From Octopus sinensis (taxonomy: Eukaryota): a stretch of 64,000 nt of DNA. The stretch lies in assembly GCF_006345805.1 (NCBI RefSeq), contig NC_042998.1, positions 121,954,001-122,018,000 of the forward strand, in the 5' to 3' direction. Below, piece after piece: positions 48,138 through 60,958 of the stretch. The translations under genes were made by a program, and so were the position numbers. Every line of letters starts with the position of its first letter. Positions within the stretch are counted from its first letter, which is position 1. The notes below the pieces were generated by a model that was not told the DNA's origin, made no database searches, and worked only from the letters and a program-made list of their open reading frames with translations.

Positions 48138-51100
48138 TATTTGTAAGGCATCATTAACTCTAATGGCCTTTAGTCTACATTAGCTGATCTTGTTTAATGC
48201 CCAGTCAAACTTGATAATGCAGACCTATGATGAAAGATCTTATGGTCAAAGCCAGAATTTTTTCATAGCAGATTCAAGGGTTATGCATTGATTTCCTTAT
48301 TAGCTGTGATTTGATAAAACTGATGCACTTACTATAATCATCATAATTTTAATGTTTTCATAGGTTGGATGTGTATGCGATACAAGACATTCCCACTCAT
48401 TGGGATCCTTTTGCGAGATCCAGAGTCCCAAGATCTCAGCTCATAATATTTTTTATGCCTACTTGTGAAGATGACCTGTCTGGGAAATACGCACTCATGA
48501 TAATATGACAGGCTATTCCATTTCCTACATAATAGTAAGGAGGCTCTTTATGTTCCAATAAAGGTAGCTAGTCTAGGAGGACAGCTACTCCAAAATAAGA
48601 TCAATAAATGATAAAAAGAGGCGAGTGTCCCAACAAAATTTCTAGTGTGAGTACCAATATGTTCTGACTATTCAGTGTGTGCTTGGCAATAAAAAGGCAA
48701 GCATCCAAGCATAAACTGCAATAAAATGAAATATGATGAATGCTGAATCAAGTACTTTGAGAATTGCAATATGCTATATTTTACATCCTGTTTGATCCCT
48801 GACAGCATGGGATGATGATAATGATGATGCTGTTATAAGTTTATTTTGCTGAGCATGGTTTAAGGTGATTTCAGTGACATCACTGACATCTGTTGGATTG
48901 TATTGAGAGTGCTGTGCTTATTGCCAGAGGACAGAGTTTATAAAAATGCCATGTAGTTATTGTTTAAGCGCAGATCACTTCTAATCAAGTGAAACTAAAA
49001 TTGAAGGCACACTAGTCATAAGCATTATGTTTGTTTTTCACATATCTCAGACTACATATCAAAATGTGTTCCTTCTTTTAATTAGGATAGTAAGATGTAA
49101 TTTGTGAGTTATTTGGCTGCTATCTTCAGCAGGTTAAATGGCTTTGTTGATTGGTGATGTCATTAATTTTTCACTAGTGAGGTCACTCCCTGATCTCACT
49201 ATTAGATAGAAACAATATTAGTGACTGAATTGTTGACGTTAAACAGCTAACATCAGCTAGACTAAAGACAACCATAGGAGACATTAGTTGTTGATGTAGT
49301 TTGACTTCAACTCAGTTTGAATCAAGCAGTTCCATCATCAAAACGGTTCCATCCAGGACTATCCTACCATTTTAGGGATATCAAGGATTATATTATCTAG
49401 TATGTCATTCCTCTTCTTTAAAGATAATAAAGTGTGATTTGAAAGTGATTTGTCTGCTATTTCTACCAAATTGAGTGATATCACAAGCTCCCAAATTCTA
49501 TTTTAAGGTTATTGGCCTTTATATTAGAATAAAATGAGATTTACTGGATTTACTGTTGAGAGACCAAGCTGACATCCTCTTTCTCCATGTATAGTTAAAC
49601 CAAGGTGATACTGCTGTCCTTAAGGTTAGTTAATACTATCCCCCTTGTTATTGAACTAGATGATTATAGCATCAAATATCAAGGAACTACAATTTACACT
49701 GCACAATATTAGTAAAAAAATAAACAGCAAAAAATTATAACACTAAATACTATGGAAGTAAATAACAACTCAGACGCCAGGCTTGAGACATTATTAAATG
49801 TAAATAGAATATATATAAGTAATAAGGAATATCTGTCTAAAAAACAGAGCTAGTGTGTGTGTGTGTGTGTGTTGTGTATGTTCCTTGTGGATTTGAAAAT
49901 GGAGTTGTCGATTTTGATGTATGAGGTATCAAAAGATTCAGTAATCTTTCAGTTATCAAATAAAGTATGATTTTTTACACAACTCTTTTTACTACAAAAA
50001 TAACCTCATAAATGAGGTTGGGTCACACAATTTACAGGTCATTTTCGGGCAATATTTGGATTTGCTTCTGATCTACAGTAATTGCAAATTTTAATGTTTT
50101 TGGTGTCAAAAAATGCAACTATGTATAAGAAGTGTTATGAGTGCATTTGTGATGCACAAAACCCTATTTGTCAACAGAAAATGACCAAAAAGAAACATGC
50201 TTTTGCAGCACATTTTCCATACCACCCACTTCCACTTGTTTTTTTCCCCAAAAAATTACGTTTACAAAATTTTAATTTTCCCCACCCCCAATTTCATAAT
50301 TCTTGACTTATTTTCGAATTGTTTTCTTTTAATCCACATAAAGAATATAAAGATTACAAAACTGGAAATTTTTTTTTCTAAAAATTAATTTTTCTTAAAA
50401 GAAACACTCAATGCCCCTTCCCCGCTGTCCACCCATCACCTCCCTGCCTTAAGTATTGTTGGCTTCACTGAACATATGAAGTGTGCAGTCAGCTCAAACA
50501 TTACAGAGATGGCACTCTCACAATGAAGCAACTTTCTTTCCATGTACCTTACCTTCTGCAATATGGATACTTCTATGTCCTCATTTGGCATCAATTTCTT
50601 TACACCCCTAAGTCTCAATTGTTTACTTTTGTATGTTTGCACTCAAAAGCAAAATAAAGTCCTTTCCTTGTGCAACTCATTAATATACTTTACTTTATTT
50701 CTTAGGCTTTTACCGTTCATCAGCCAATAAGCCATACATCACTCCATCACTACAGCCCCACCTATGCATACCAGCATAAACCATTTATTTTCATGAATCA
50801 CAGCATCCCTATACATTTATGTCAAACTTCCCACATCACCAACCCTGTTTACTCATATCCTTATGTATGTACATATACATACAGTCCCAAAAGTCCTTTT
50901 TTTAATTCTCAACATTGATATAAACTGATACCAAATATGCTTGCAGAAAACCATAATACTTTTGAATATGGCCTTTTGATTGGGAAGCTAATGTGTATGT
51001 GTGCTTTTCACAGTTATCAACAAATATTATGGGATGGATAAGAACTATTTCAGCTTCTACATTTGTAACCATGAAATTGAGTTGCCAATATTGCTGCATG

Positions 51101-51512
51101 AGATATCAAAAGGTTGAGCAATCTTTTGGCTACCGACTTAAAAGTAAGTTTTTTGTACAGCAACCCTATTTTACTACAAAAATGAACACCAAAATGAGGC
51201 AGAGTCACACAATTTACAGGCCATTTTGGTGCCAATGTTAGGATTTTCTTCTCATCTAAGCTAAAAAAATGTCAGTATTGTTCATCAGAAAATTACCGTA
51301 AAACATGTTTATAAAGAAGAGTTGTTTGCTTGATACCCCTCATGTGTTGATTCTGCCCATAAGAAAGGAACAAATAATATAATGTGGCTGTAGGTCATAA
51401 CATTCAGCAATGCCGAGGTGCATTGCTAGTATATCATAGATTAAATATTTGAAAAATATGGAATATGGAAAAAAAACCCCAGTTTTTGTGTAAATGAATG
51501 TGTCAGGATATT

Positions 51513-51554
<42 letters not shown>

Positions 51555-51694
51555 CTCAGCACAGAAAGTAGATCCAAAATGATGATGCTGCTGCTGCTGA
51601 TACACACACACACACACATATATATATCATGATGATATATATATTATATACATTATACATGATAATGTGGTATTGAGGTGTATTCTATATGTAT

Positions 51695-52290
51695 GTCATC
51701 ATCATCATCATCATCATCATTTGACATCCATTTTCCATGTTGGAATGGGTTGGATGGTTTGACTGAAGTCTGGAGAGCCAGCGGCTGCACCAGGCTCCAG
51801 TCTGATCTGGCAGAGTTTCTACAGCTGGATGCCCTTCTTAACACCAACCACTCCGAAAGTGTAGTGGGTGCTTTTTACATGTCACCAGCACAGGAGCAAA
51901 TCAGGTGGGCCTGGCATTGATCATGTTTGGATAGTGTGTTTTATGTGCCACTGGCACAGGAGCCAGTCAGTGGGTACTGGCATTGGCCACATTTGGATGG
52001 TGCTTTTTATGTGCCACCAGCACAGGAGCCAGTCAGGGGTACTGGCATCGGCCACATCCAGATGGTGCTTTTTATGTGCCACTGGCATGGGAGCCAGTCA
52101 GTGGGTGCTAGCATCGGGCATGTTTGGATAGTGCTTTTTACGTGCTACTGGCATGGGAGCTAGTCAGGTGAACCTGGCCACAGCTATGATTTTGGTTTTA
52201 CTTGACTCAACAGGTCTTCTCAAGCATATCATATTGCCTGACATATCAGGGGTACTTTTAAATGGGCCGGATATGCAACACTGCATATAA
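51695..52290 (-). mobile_element. RTE 3'UTR copy with five ~66-bp subrepeats
   Basis: (CAT)n tail; unit starts at 51867, 51933, 51999, 52064, 52130. Confidence 0.88.
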
Positions 52291-52959
52291 AATGGCAACA
52301 ACTTACCTATTGCACCCTGTATGCATGTGCATGTGTGTGTATATATATATAGATATATATATACATATACATAGACACACACACATATGTATAAAGGCAA
52401 ATGAAAGGGGGGGGGGCAGGAAACAACATTAACCAAAGAATAGATGTGATGCTAGTACTTTCATTATTTGCTTGTTTTACACACACACACACACACAGTA
52501 TGTGTGTGTATAAATGTCTATGCATGTATATTTATACATGTCTGTATATTTTTTAGTGTAATCACTTAGTAGCTACTTATTTTGAAACATGTAAATTGTA
52601 TTAATGCTTTAGCTACTCTAATCGATGTTTTAAGTCTGTTAGACAGAACCGTCGTAAATGCATAGGGACAATTCCAGATGATGTCTTCACATCTAACTTA
52701 TAATCGGCATAAAGAATTCTTGTAGAAAAGAAGAATAACAAATAAATACAATAAAACAGATCAACAAAATAAATAAGCAAATACATAAACAAAACAGAGA
52801 AGTGACATGAAATAAAATGAATTGGAAAGTATATTTATCTAGAATTTCTTTAGAGATGAAAATGAAACCAATTCTGTATAACACTTCTATTAAAACTAAA
52901 GTACATTACTTGTGATGATAAGAAAAATATATGGTTATGTGTGTGAACATACATGTGCA

Positions 52960-53001
<42 letters not shown>

Positions 53002-53359
53002 AAATTCATACACACATGCTTTTATCTGTTTATCAAGCCATACGGAGATTGGTATATCCATGTATATAAATTTATCGATTCACAGATGTTTATACACAAC
53101 TGCACACACAAGTGCATGGATGTGCACATGCATATATTTTTATATATATATTCTACCCTTGGACTATTATCAGTATTACTACATATATTTGTGTGTGTAT
53201 ATATACACATGCACACACAATATGTAGCTATATATAAGATGGCAAGCACCTGCAACATGAGTAAGATGCAATATACAAGTTGGTTGTCAGCAATAATATG
53301 CAATTCAATGTTGGCAAGTTCCAAGCCCTAAGCTATCACTGGACAAATTTAAATGCAAT

Positions 53360-53780
53360 GCAGACTAATGCACTGGATCTGGAGGGATTGCAGTTACAGA
53401 ATCAGAATCAGTGTGTGACATAGGCATTGACATGAGTTGTGATGCATCGTTCCATGTGCATATTAGTAAGTTGGCAATGAAATGCAGGCAGCTGACTGGA
53501 TGGATTCTTTGAACCTTCAGTACAAGAGAGCAGGAAACCAGAGTGTGTGATGCTTGTGTTAGAACTGCAATGCTGCATGGTAGTGAGACATGGGCCTTGA
53601 TTACAGGGGATTTGAGAAGATAAGAAGAAAGAAAAAAAAACAAACAAAAAACGAAGCAAGCATACTTTGCTGGATGTGTAAAGTACAAATGTGTTGAGAG
53701 AAAAACTGGGCATAAGCAGAATGTGTGCAAGGAAAAAGACTGCTTAAATGGAGATGTGATGCATATGGATGAAGACTTGT
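53360..53780 (+). mobile_element. LINE RT C-terminal remnant(s): CR1-like part joined to RTE-like part
   Basis: DIGIDMSCDASFHVHISKLAMKCRQLTGWIL*TFSTRE followed in frame by RVCDACVRTAMLHGSETW. Confidence 0.65.
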
Positions 53781-55851
53781 CCAATTAGAAATAGCAGCAG
53801 AATGTTCTCAACTCATATCCTGCTGCCTTAAAAAAAAAATAGAAAAAAAAAAGACAGATTGGATAATGTTGTCATACTTTAAACATAAACATGTGATATT
53901 TATGATAAGAACACCATCGATCACAGACCTATTCAGATAGAACTGACCTGAGGTTAAGCTGCGATAACTTTACCTTCTTTCACTTTACAGGGCATTGGTA
54001 AAATAACTACTTATACTATATTGGAAGTTGAATTAATGAACAATGCATCTATCTCATGAGCTTGTAGTCCTGTGCCTGATACAACAAACTATTATTGTAA
54101 TGTACTTGGTATATGAGTGTGTGCATCTATATGAATATGAAAGTGTGTGTATGTGTTTATGAGTGTATGTGTGTATATCTTTGTATAGGTATTTAGAAGC
54201 TAGTCTTGTGACAGGTGATTTTTGAAACATAACTATAGCAAGTTAGCAAGTTTAATAGTGATTACTTACATTAAATAGACACAAACCCGGTAGTTCTATA
54301 ATATCAACTGAATTGTTTAGATTTTACCGAAATTTAGATAGAATTTTTCTTGGTTTCTAGCTAAAGTGAAAATTGAAACAACATTACATTGTTCCTCTTG
54401 TGTCTTACACCCATTTTCAAGGATTTATAAAGAGCTATAAGTATGTAAAAATAGCAATAAATAATAGATGCAAGCAGGAAATATCTATATCTGCATTAAG
54501 TAGACTATGTTATGATGAGATAGTAAAGGAAATGCATACCATTAGGCTCCGGAGTCTGATGCATTTTAAAATGTTGCTTAACATTGATTTTTTTTTTGCA
54601 TAGGTATGAATGCACACATTTATATGAGAGGGGTGTATAATCAGTTAAATCAACTATGATAACCCTTGAGGGATGATTTGAGACAGATTCAACCCCTAGT
54701 ACTGTCTAAATTTGCATTGATGTAAACAGATATAATGAAATATACTACAAGGCATTAGGTCTAGCATGCTATCATTTTTGATACTTCTACATTATACTTC
54801 ATATGTTAAATATTATGACAGAGTGTATGTTTGTGCATGTATATGTGTATGGGTTTGTGTGAGAAAGAAAGAGAAAGAATATGTTGGGATTTATGTAAGT
54901 TTTAGTATTGTATTCTTCACTTAGGTGTTGGTAGTTATCAGATGAGTATGAATATTTGCAGATTGCTTTTGATACTTCTGTACAAAATCCTTATACAACC
55001 ATTTCAGTGTTTTGCTTGCATTGGCAATAATGCATACTAAGAATTTGCTCAAGTCTGTTATATTGACATCAGTAGTTGTCAATATAATGTTTCTCAAGTG
55101 CTGTATGTGTACATGTGAGAGTGAGGCTGTGTGAGTGTGTGTTAGCTTAGATATGAAGTAGATTTGATTAAATGAAAAGGTACTGGATTCTGCCTTTGCT
55201 GACTTGATACAGTTCTATATTTTTCTCCTTTCCCTTGTTTCAGTGAGAACTCTGTATCTTCAGAATGCAGATGCTGTCTCCTGAAACTTATGTTTTAAGA
55301 AAGATAATGATAATAAATGCTATGTGATGAAGGGAAATCCAACAAAACATTTTATATTATAATGAAGCTGCACTACCATACAGAAACCTATATACTGCAA
55401 GTTGGACTCAGTCTGCAAATGACAAGATGAGAAGCCTGACTCTTTGGCTTGTAATCTGACATTCTATTGACTAACATAGTTTCATCATTCTCTTATCTGT
55501 TTAAGACAAGGTTAATTATTTCCTGAAAATAATTTACAAGTTGTTAATTATGAAGACCACAAATAGCTATTGATAAAGGTGTTTGCTTTGAAACAGCTAG
55601 AGATATTTCAACATTGATTAATTGGCAGCAAACTATATTTTTGTAGTTAACACCAAACCAGAATTGAATATCTAATAAAATGACTAATCTGTGTGTGTGT
55701 ATATGTGTATGAATATGTAAAAAATATAGCATGACAGCAACAAACATTGATGTTTTTACTCTTTTTTGTATGTATAAGATAATGAAAGACTGTTACACCC
55801 ACACCAGTATAAAAAATTGATATAAATTGATAATGACACCTTACACACACA

Positions 55852-55887
<36 letters not shown>

Positions 55888-55891
<4 letters not shown>

Positions 55892-56108
55892 GAGAGTGCT
55901 GAAAAGTTCCTGGCTTTGGGTAGAAGAGAATACAGGAGGATCAATTAATTAAGATTCTATCCAACATATCCCCCTCTCAGATTTACACACTTATTGCAGC
56001 TCTCCTTCAGTCTTTCTAAGCTCTGTAATAAAAAACTCAAAAGGTTAGGCCTCTACCCAGGCTTTTTGTGATACCCTTAAAGCCAGGAACTTTTTAGCAC
56101 CCTCTTGT
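55888..56108. mobile_element. Mariner-derived MITE (221 bp, 30-bp TIRs)
   Basis: ACAAGAGAGTGCTGAAAAGTTCCTGGCTTT matches the reverse complement of 56079-56108 with 2 mismatches; TA follows the right end. Confidence 0.85.
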
Positions 56109-56256
56109 ATGTGTGTGTGTGTATATATATAAAATTTTTAAATAGGATAAAATCTTTATAAGAATTTATCAAGTAGTCAGCGATCTGTTTTTAAGGAGCT
56201 CGCTTCAAGAGTTGCATTCTCTTGCAATTGGTTATATTGTATTTATTATGGTATAT

Positions 56257-56298
<42 letters not shown>

Positions 56299-56533
56299 AT
56301 AGATTTAATACACAACTGAAAGAGCTACTAACACTTGTATGCTTTTATGATAGCTGAACAGGGATATTTATAAAATACTCCATGTATCTTAAAGCAAGAT
56401 TCTATCTGTAGAAGAGAACATTTGTCTAAAATTCTGTGCTGTGGTACTGAATTCATATGGTTGCAAAGAGAACTTCTTAATCATAGAGCCAGACTCATGC
56501 CTACAAACATACATTCATACACACAAAACACTA

Positions 56534-56567
<34 letters not shown>

Positions 56568-57352
56568 GTAAATAAACATATATAGGCTAGACAAGTACTG
56601 AAGAAGGGAGATTACCCAGAAACTAATGGTCTATATATATATGCATATACATAAGAATATAAATAAATGTATAAATGTGTATATAGTTAAATAATCTGGT
56701 GCTTGATATTAAGATATCGAATTGCTAAGCTGAAGAATTAAAAGTAAAAAAAAAAATACGTTTCTTAGTGATTTTGTTACATTTTATTTAATTTCCACAA
56801 TGAACAGTGTGAAGGAAATGAAAACAAAAAAATACAACCCAAAACAGTGAAAATTAAACAAACAAATGTCTCTCAAAATTTGAGTGTAATGAATTACAAT
56901 GATGTAATATAATTACCATTTTGGCCTTTCTTTTCTGTTCTTTCTTTTTACTAAGATCAAAGGGTTAGTCTTTTCTTTTTGTTATTGTTTTCAACAGAGT
57001 TTCTTCTAAGTGAGACTGGCAACTTTCCAAAATTAATTGCTGTTGACAAGTTTAACAATCAAATTTGGTGCACTTGAATACTGACAAATATTTCTTGCAG
57101 AGTATAGAAAACAAACTGTTACGCATACATGCACACATATGGCCATGCACACACAAACACACACACACACACACACACATGAAATTAGCATGTCACACTT
57201 TCATGATTTCTCTCACTTTTTTTTCTATCTTTCTTTTTTCAAGTTTTTGCTAATCACAGAAATTTTATTACTTGTGGCCTGTCTGCAAGAAGTCACACGT
57301 TTCCCCACCAATGCCCTTTCACAGCTAATAACAAGGGCAAAAACAAAAAATA

Positions 57353-57354
<2 letters not shown>

Positions 57355-57405
<51 letters not shown>

Positions 57406-57470
57406 TATATATATACATATATATACACACACACATATACATATATACATACATAAATACATACATACAT

Positions 57471-57525
<55 letters not shown>

Positions 57526-57585
57526 TATACATATATACATACATAAATACACACACACACACACACACATATATATAGATATACA
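57355..57585. repeat. (TA)n/(CA)n compound microsatellite
   Basis: Direct reading. Confidence 0.95.
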
Positions 57586-58212
57586 TAAAAACTATAGAAA
57601 ATGGTTTACAAATCAAATGCAACAAAACAATTGTGCAATGCTGTTGTTTGTGAGTGAAATTATGAATGAATTGCAGTGTTAGCAAGAGAATGTTTGGAAG
57701 TGTAAATTTATAGGAATTATAAAACATGAAAACAACTAATCAAATGAAACTTCATTAATGAAGAAAACAAATAAAAAAAAAGAAGAAACCGAAAAAACTT
57801 GTAACAGCAGAAAATGTTAGACAGTGAATACTGAGTGATATATTGTTAGGTAAAGCATCAAGATGTAAAATACTCAATTTAAATACATATGGTCTTATTT
57901 AGTTATATGTCATGTATCGCTGTTGGTGTTGGCATTAACTCATTGAAGCAGTGAAGGGTTGATGGTAATGACTAACATGTCTGTTAAATTTGCTGACCAA
58001 GTGCCTAAAGTAGAAGTATTTTTCTGTTAGGTAACAATGATACATGACATATAACTAAATAAGACCATAGGTATTTAAACCTGTTAATTTCATTGTCATT
58101 TTTGTCATGGAAAATGTTAATTTTATGTAATTGAAGTTGACTTTACCTTTCACCCATTTGGGGTTCGTAAAATAATTTTGGCCTTTTACTAATTTATGTA
58201 ATGATGATGATG

Positions 58213-58262
<50 letters not shown>

Positions 58263-58649
58263 CCTTTCTATTATAGGCACAAGGCCTGAAATTTTGGGGG
58301 AGGGGGTAAGTCGATTATATTGAACCCAATAATCAACTGGTACTTATTTTATTGATCCATGAAAGGATGAATGACAAAGTTGATCTCAGTGGAGTTTGAA
58401 CTCAAAATGTAAAGAAAGACAAAATGATGCTAAGCATTTAGTCTGGAGTACTAATTATTCTGACTAGTAGGATAAGGTAAGTCAATTAAGCCAACTCCAG
58501 TATTTGACTGGTACTTTGTTTTGTTGCAAAGCAAAGTTAATCTTGGTGAGATTTGAAGTCAAAACAGAAAGAGTTATAACTAAATACTACAAGGCATTTT
58601 GTCGAAGTCTCTAATGATTCTATCAATCCATTACCTTAATAATAATAAT

Positions 58650-59545
58650 AATAAAACTGAAAATTGAGTAATGAGAGAAAAATTTAAACAAGAAATGAAC
58701 AAAGAAAAGAAAAGGTACAGAAAGAAAAGAAAATGTACAGTCAGTTTGCAAGAGATGTGAATGTCAGTACAGATACAGAGGATCGGTGGCTGTGGATGAG
58801 GAGGAGAAACCTGAAGATAGAGACAGAAGCACTCATATGTGCAGCTCAAAAACAAGCATTAAGGATCAACTAAGTGAAATGCAGAATAAATAACACTATC
58901 TACAGCAACAAATGCAGAATGTGTGGTGAGAGGGTGAAATAGTATGGCACATCGTTAATGAATGCCTGAAATTAGCACAATGCGGATACAATAGATGCCA
59001 TGACAATGTTGCAAGAATGATCCATTGGGAGCTCTGTGGAAATCACGGCTTACAAAGAGCAAAGATATGGTATGAGAAAACCCCAGGAGTCACCAAGAAT
59101 GAGGATTGCAAGTGGAATGCAATGATCCAGTGCGATCACCTGACCAGACATTAGAAACTGGACATTGTTGTGGTGAATAAAAACAAAGAACATGCATGAT
59201 AATCGACATAGCATGCCCTGGTGACAATAGGATCAAAGTGAAAGAAGAAAAAATAAACAACTATGACAATTTGAAGTGGGAAATATGAAGGTTGTGGTCA
59301 ATAAGGAGAGTGGATGTGATACAAATAGTAATTTGTGCACTTGGAAGTATCAGCATGGCTGAAAAAGACTGGGGCAAATGTGAGGGTAGAACACCTACAA
59401 AAATCAGCATTGCTTGGAACTGCAAGAATTCTTTTCAGGGTTCTTGAAGCATGACCAGTAAACAGATGTCATCTTAGTCTGCTGGCTGTGGACAGCTGAC
59501 ACTTTCCATTATACCCAGCAAAATAAGCTGTGAGTTTTCATCACA
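58650..59545 (+). mobile_element. 5'-truncated R4/Dong-type RLE non-LTR retroelement (decayed)
   Basis: WLWMRRRNLKIETEALICAAQKQALRIN, CRMCG..HIVNEC (CCHC), CHDNVARMIHWELC, LDIVV, IIDIACPGD, LLGTARILFRVLEA*; (TAA)n flanks. Confidence 0.88.
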
Positions 59546-59599
59546 CAATAATAATAATAATAATAACAACAACAACAATAATAAAAATAATAATAATAG

Positions 59600-59990
59600 T
59601 CTTAATTGAGAAAGAAAACAAACTATGCTGGATCATAGACATAGCATGCCCAGCTGACAACAAGGTATGTGATAAGGAAGAAAGAAAAGTGGATAGGTAT
59701 GACAGGTTAGCTTGGGAGGTAAAGCAGTTGTGGTCGATGACAAAGGAAGGAGGAGTACCAATAATTGTCGGAGCCCTGGGAACAGTGATCAAAAATCTCG
59801 AGAAGTATGTGGAACAAATAGGGGCTGCAATAAGGGTGGAGCACTTGCAGAAAGCAGCACAGCTTGGAACTGCTCGAATACTCTGGAAGGTGCTCGAAAA
59901 ATAAGGTGTTACCTTAATTCACTGGTAGTGAACAGCTGACACCATTGTACATCTCCAGTGTTAGAAGTTGTGCAAAGGCAACAATAATAA
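59600..59990 (+). mobile_element. Second, less decayed R4/Dong-type 3' fragment
   Basis: Open ORF ..CWIIDIACPADNKVCDKEERKVDRYDRLAWEVKQLW..PIIVGALG..LGTARILWKVLEK* (stop at 59904), 3'UTR, (AAT)n tail. Confidence 0.9.
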
Positions 59991-60861
59991 TAATAATAAT
60001 AATAAAAATTTTGGTACAAGGCCAGTCATTTTGGGGTAGGGGGCAAGTTCTTTACATCGAATCCAATGCTCAATTTGTCCTTATTTTATCGACTCCAAAG
60101 GGACAAAAGGTAAAGTTGACCATCGTGGCATTTGAACTCAGAATGTAAAGTTGGAAGAAATGCTGCTAAGCATTTTGTTTGGCATGGTAATGATTCTTCC
60201 AGCTTATTGCCATAATAATAATGTTGATGATGATGATGATAATTGTTCTTTGCAGTATAACATAGCTCTGGGAAAGAACTGGATTTACCACGTTTAATTT
60301 GATGCAAGTAAACTTTCTCTATCTCATTTTCGCAACAAAGGACTTTAGAAATATTTTAGTGTTCTCCTCATTACCTCAGGGTGAAAGAATAAGGTTTGTC
60401 CTTGGATATATTTTATATTTCATAATTTTTATAAACTTTGATTACTTGTGATTTAACAAGGCTTCTTATATAAGAGCAGGAAACCATGTCAGCCACAAAT
60501 GTGGTATCAATGAATAGGCCCCAAAAGATTTTGAAAATGAAAAAAAAAATTTTATAAAAAGTGACACAATAAAAAAAGATAAACAAGTGACACAAAAGTT
60601 ATTACAAGTAAACAAATATATAGAATTGTAAATACTGACATTTATACTTTGCTGAATGCAAAATGTAGTGAGAGCCTTAATAAGTATTGTAAGACAACAA
60701 CCACAGCTTTGCTAGTGTCATGAAATAGAGAAAGAGACACACTGGACTTAGGTTGGCTACAGGAAAAGTAAAAAAAATATGCAAGAAAGTTATCTTACAA
60801 AAGATTGTGCCTTCTCGACCATGATTTCGCTGAGGAAAGAGCAAGAAGGAACATGACATAC

Positions 60862-60958
60862 CATTGCTTCTCAAAAAGACAAGATTTGACAGTTCCATAT
60901 GGCTTTGAAAGAGCAGTGAGAAAAACTCCTGTACTACTGGCCTCATTTCTTCTGATAA
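60862..60958 (-). CDS. Candidate exon (97 nt), unidentified
   Basis: TTTCTTGTATTCTAG acceptor and ATG|GTATGT donor. Two frames are open (LSEEMRPVVQEFFSLLFQSHMELSNLVFLRSN or IRRNEASSTGVFLTALSKPYGTVKSCLFEKQ). Confidence 0.25.

Noticed and set aside
50553-50610. Minus-strand AAG|GTAAGG donor with an open frame
   Set aside because: No polypyrimidine tract or credible acceptor upstream.
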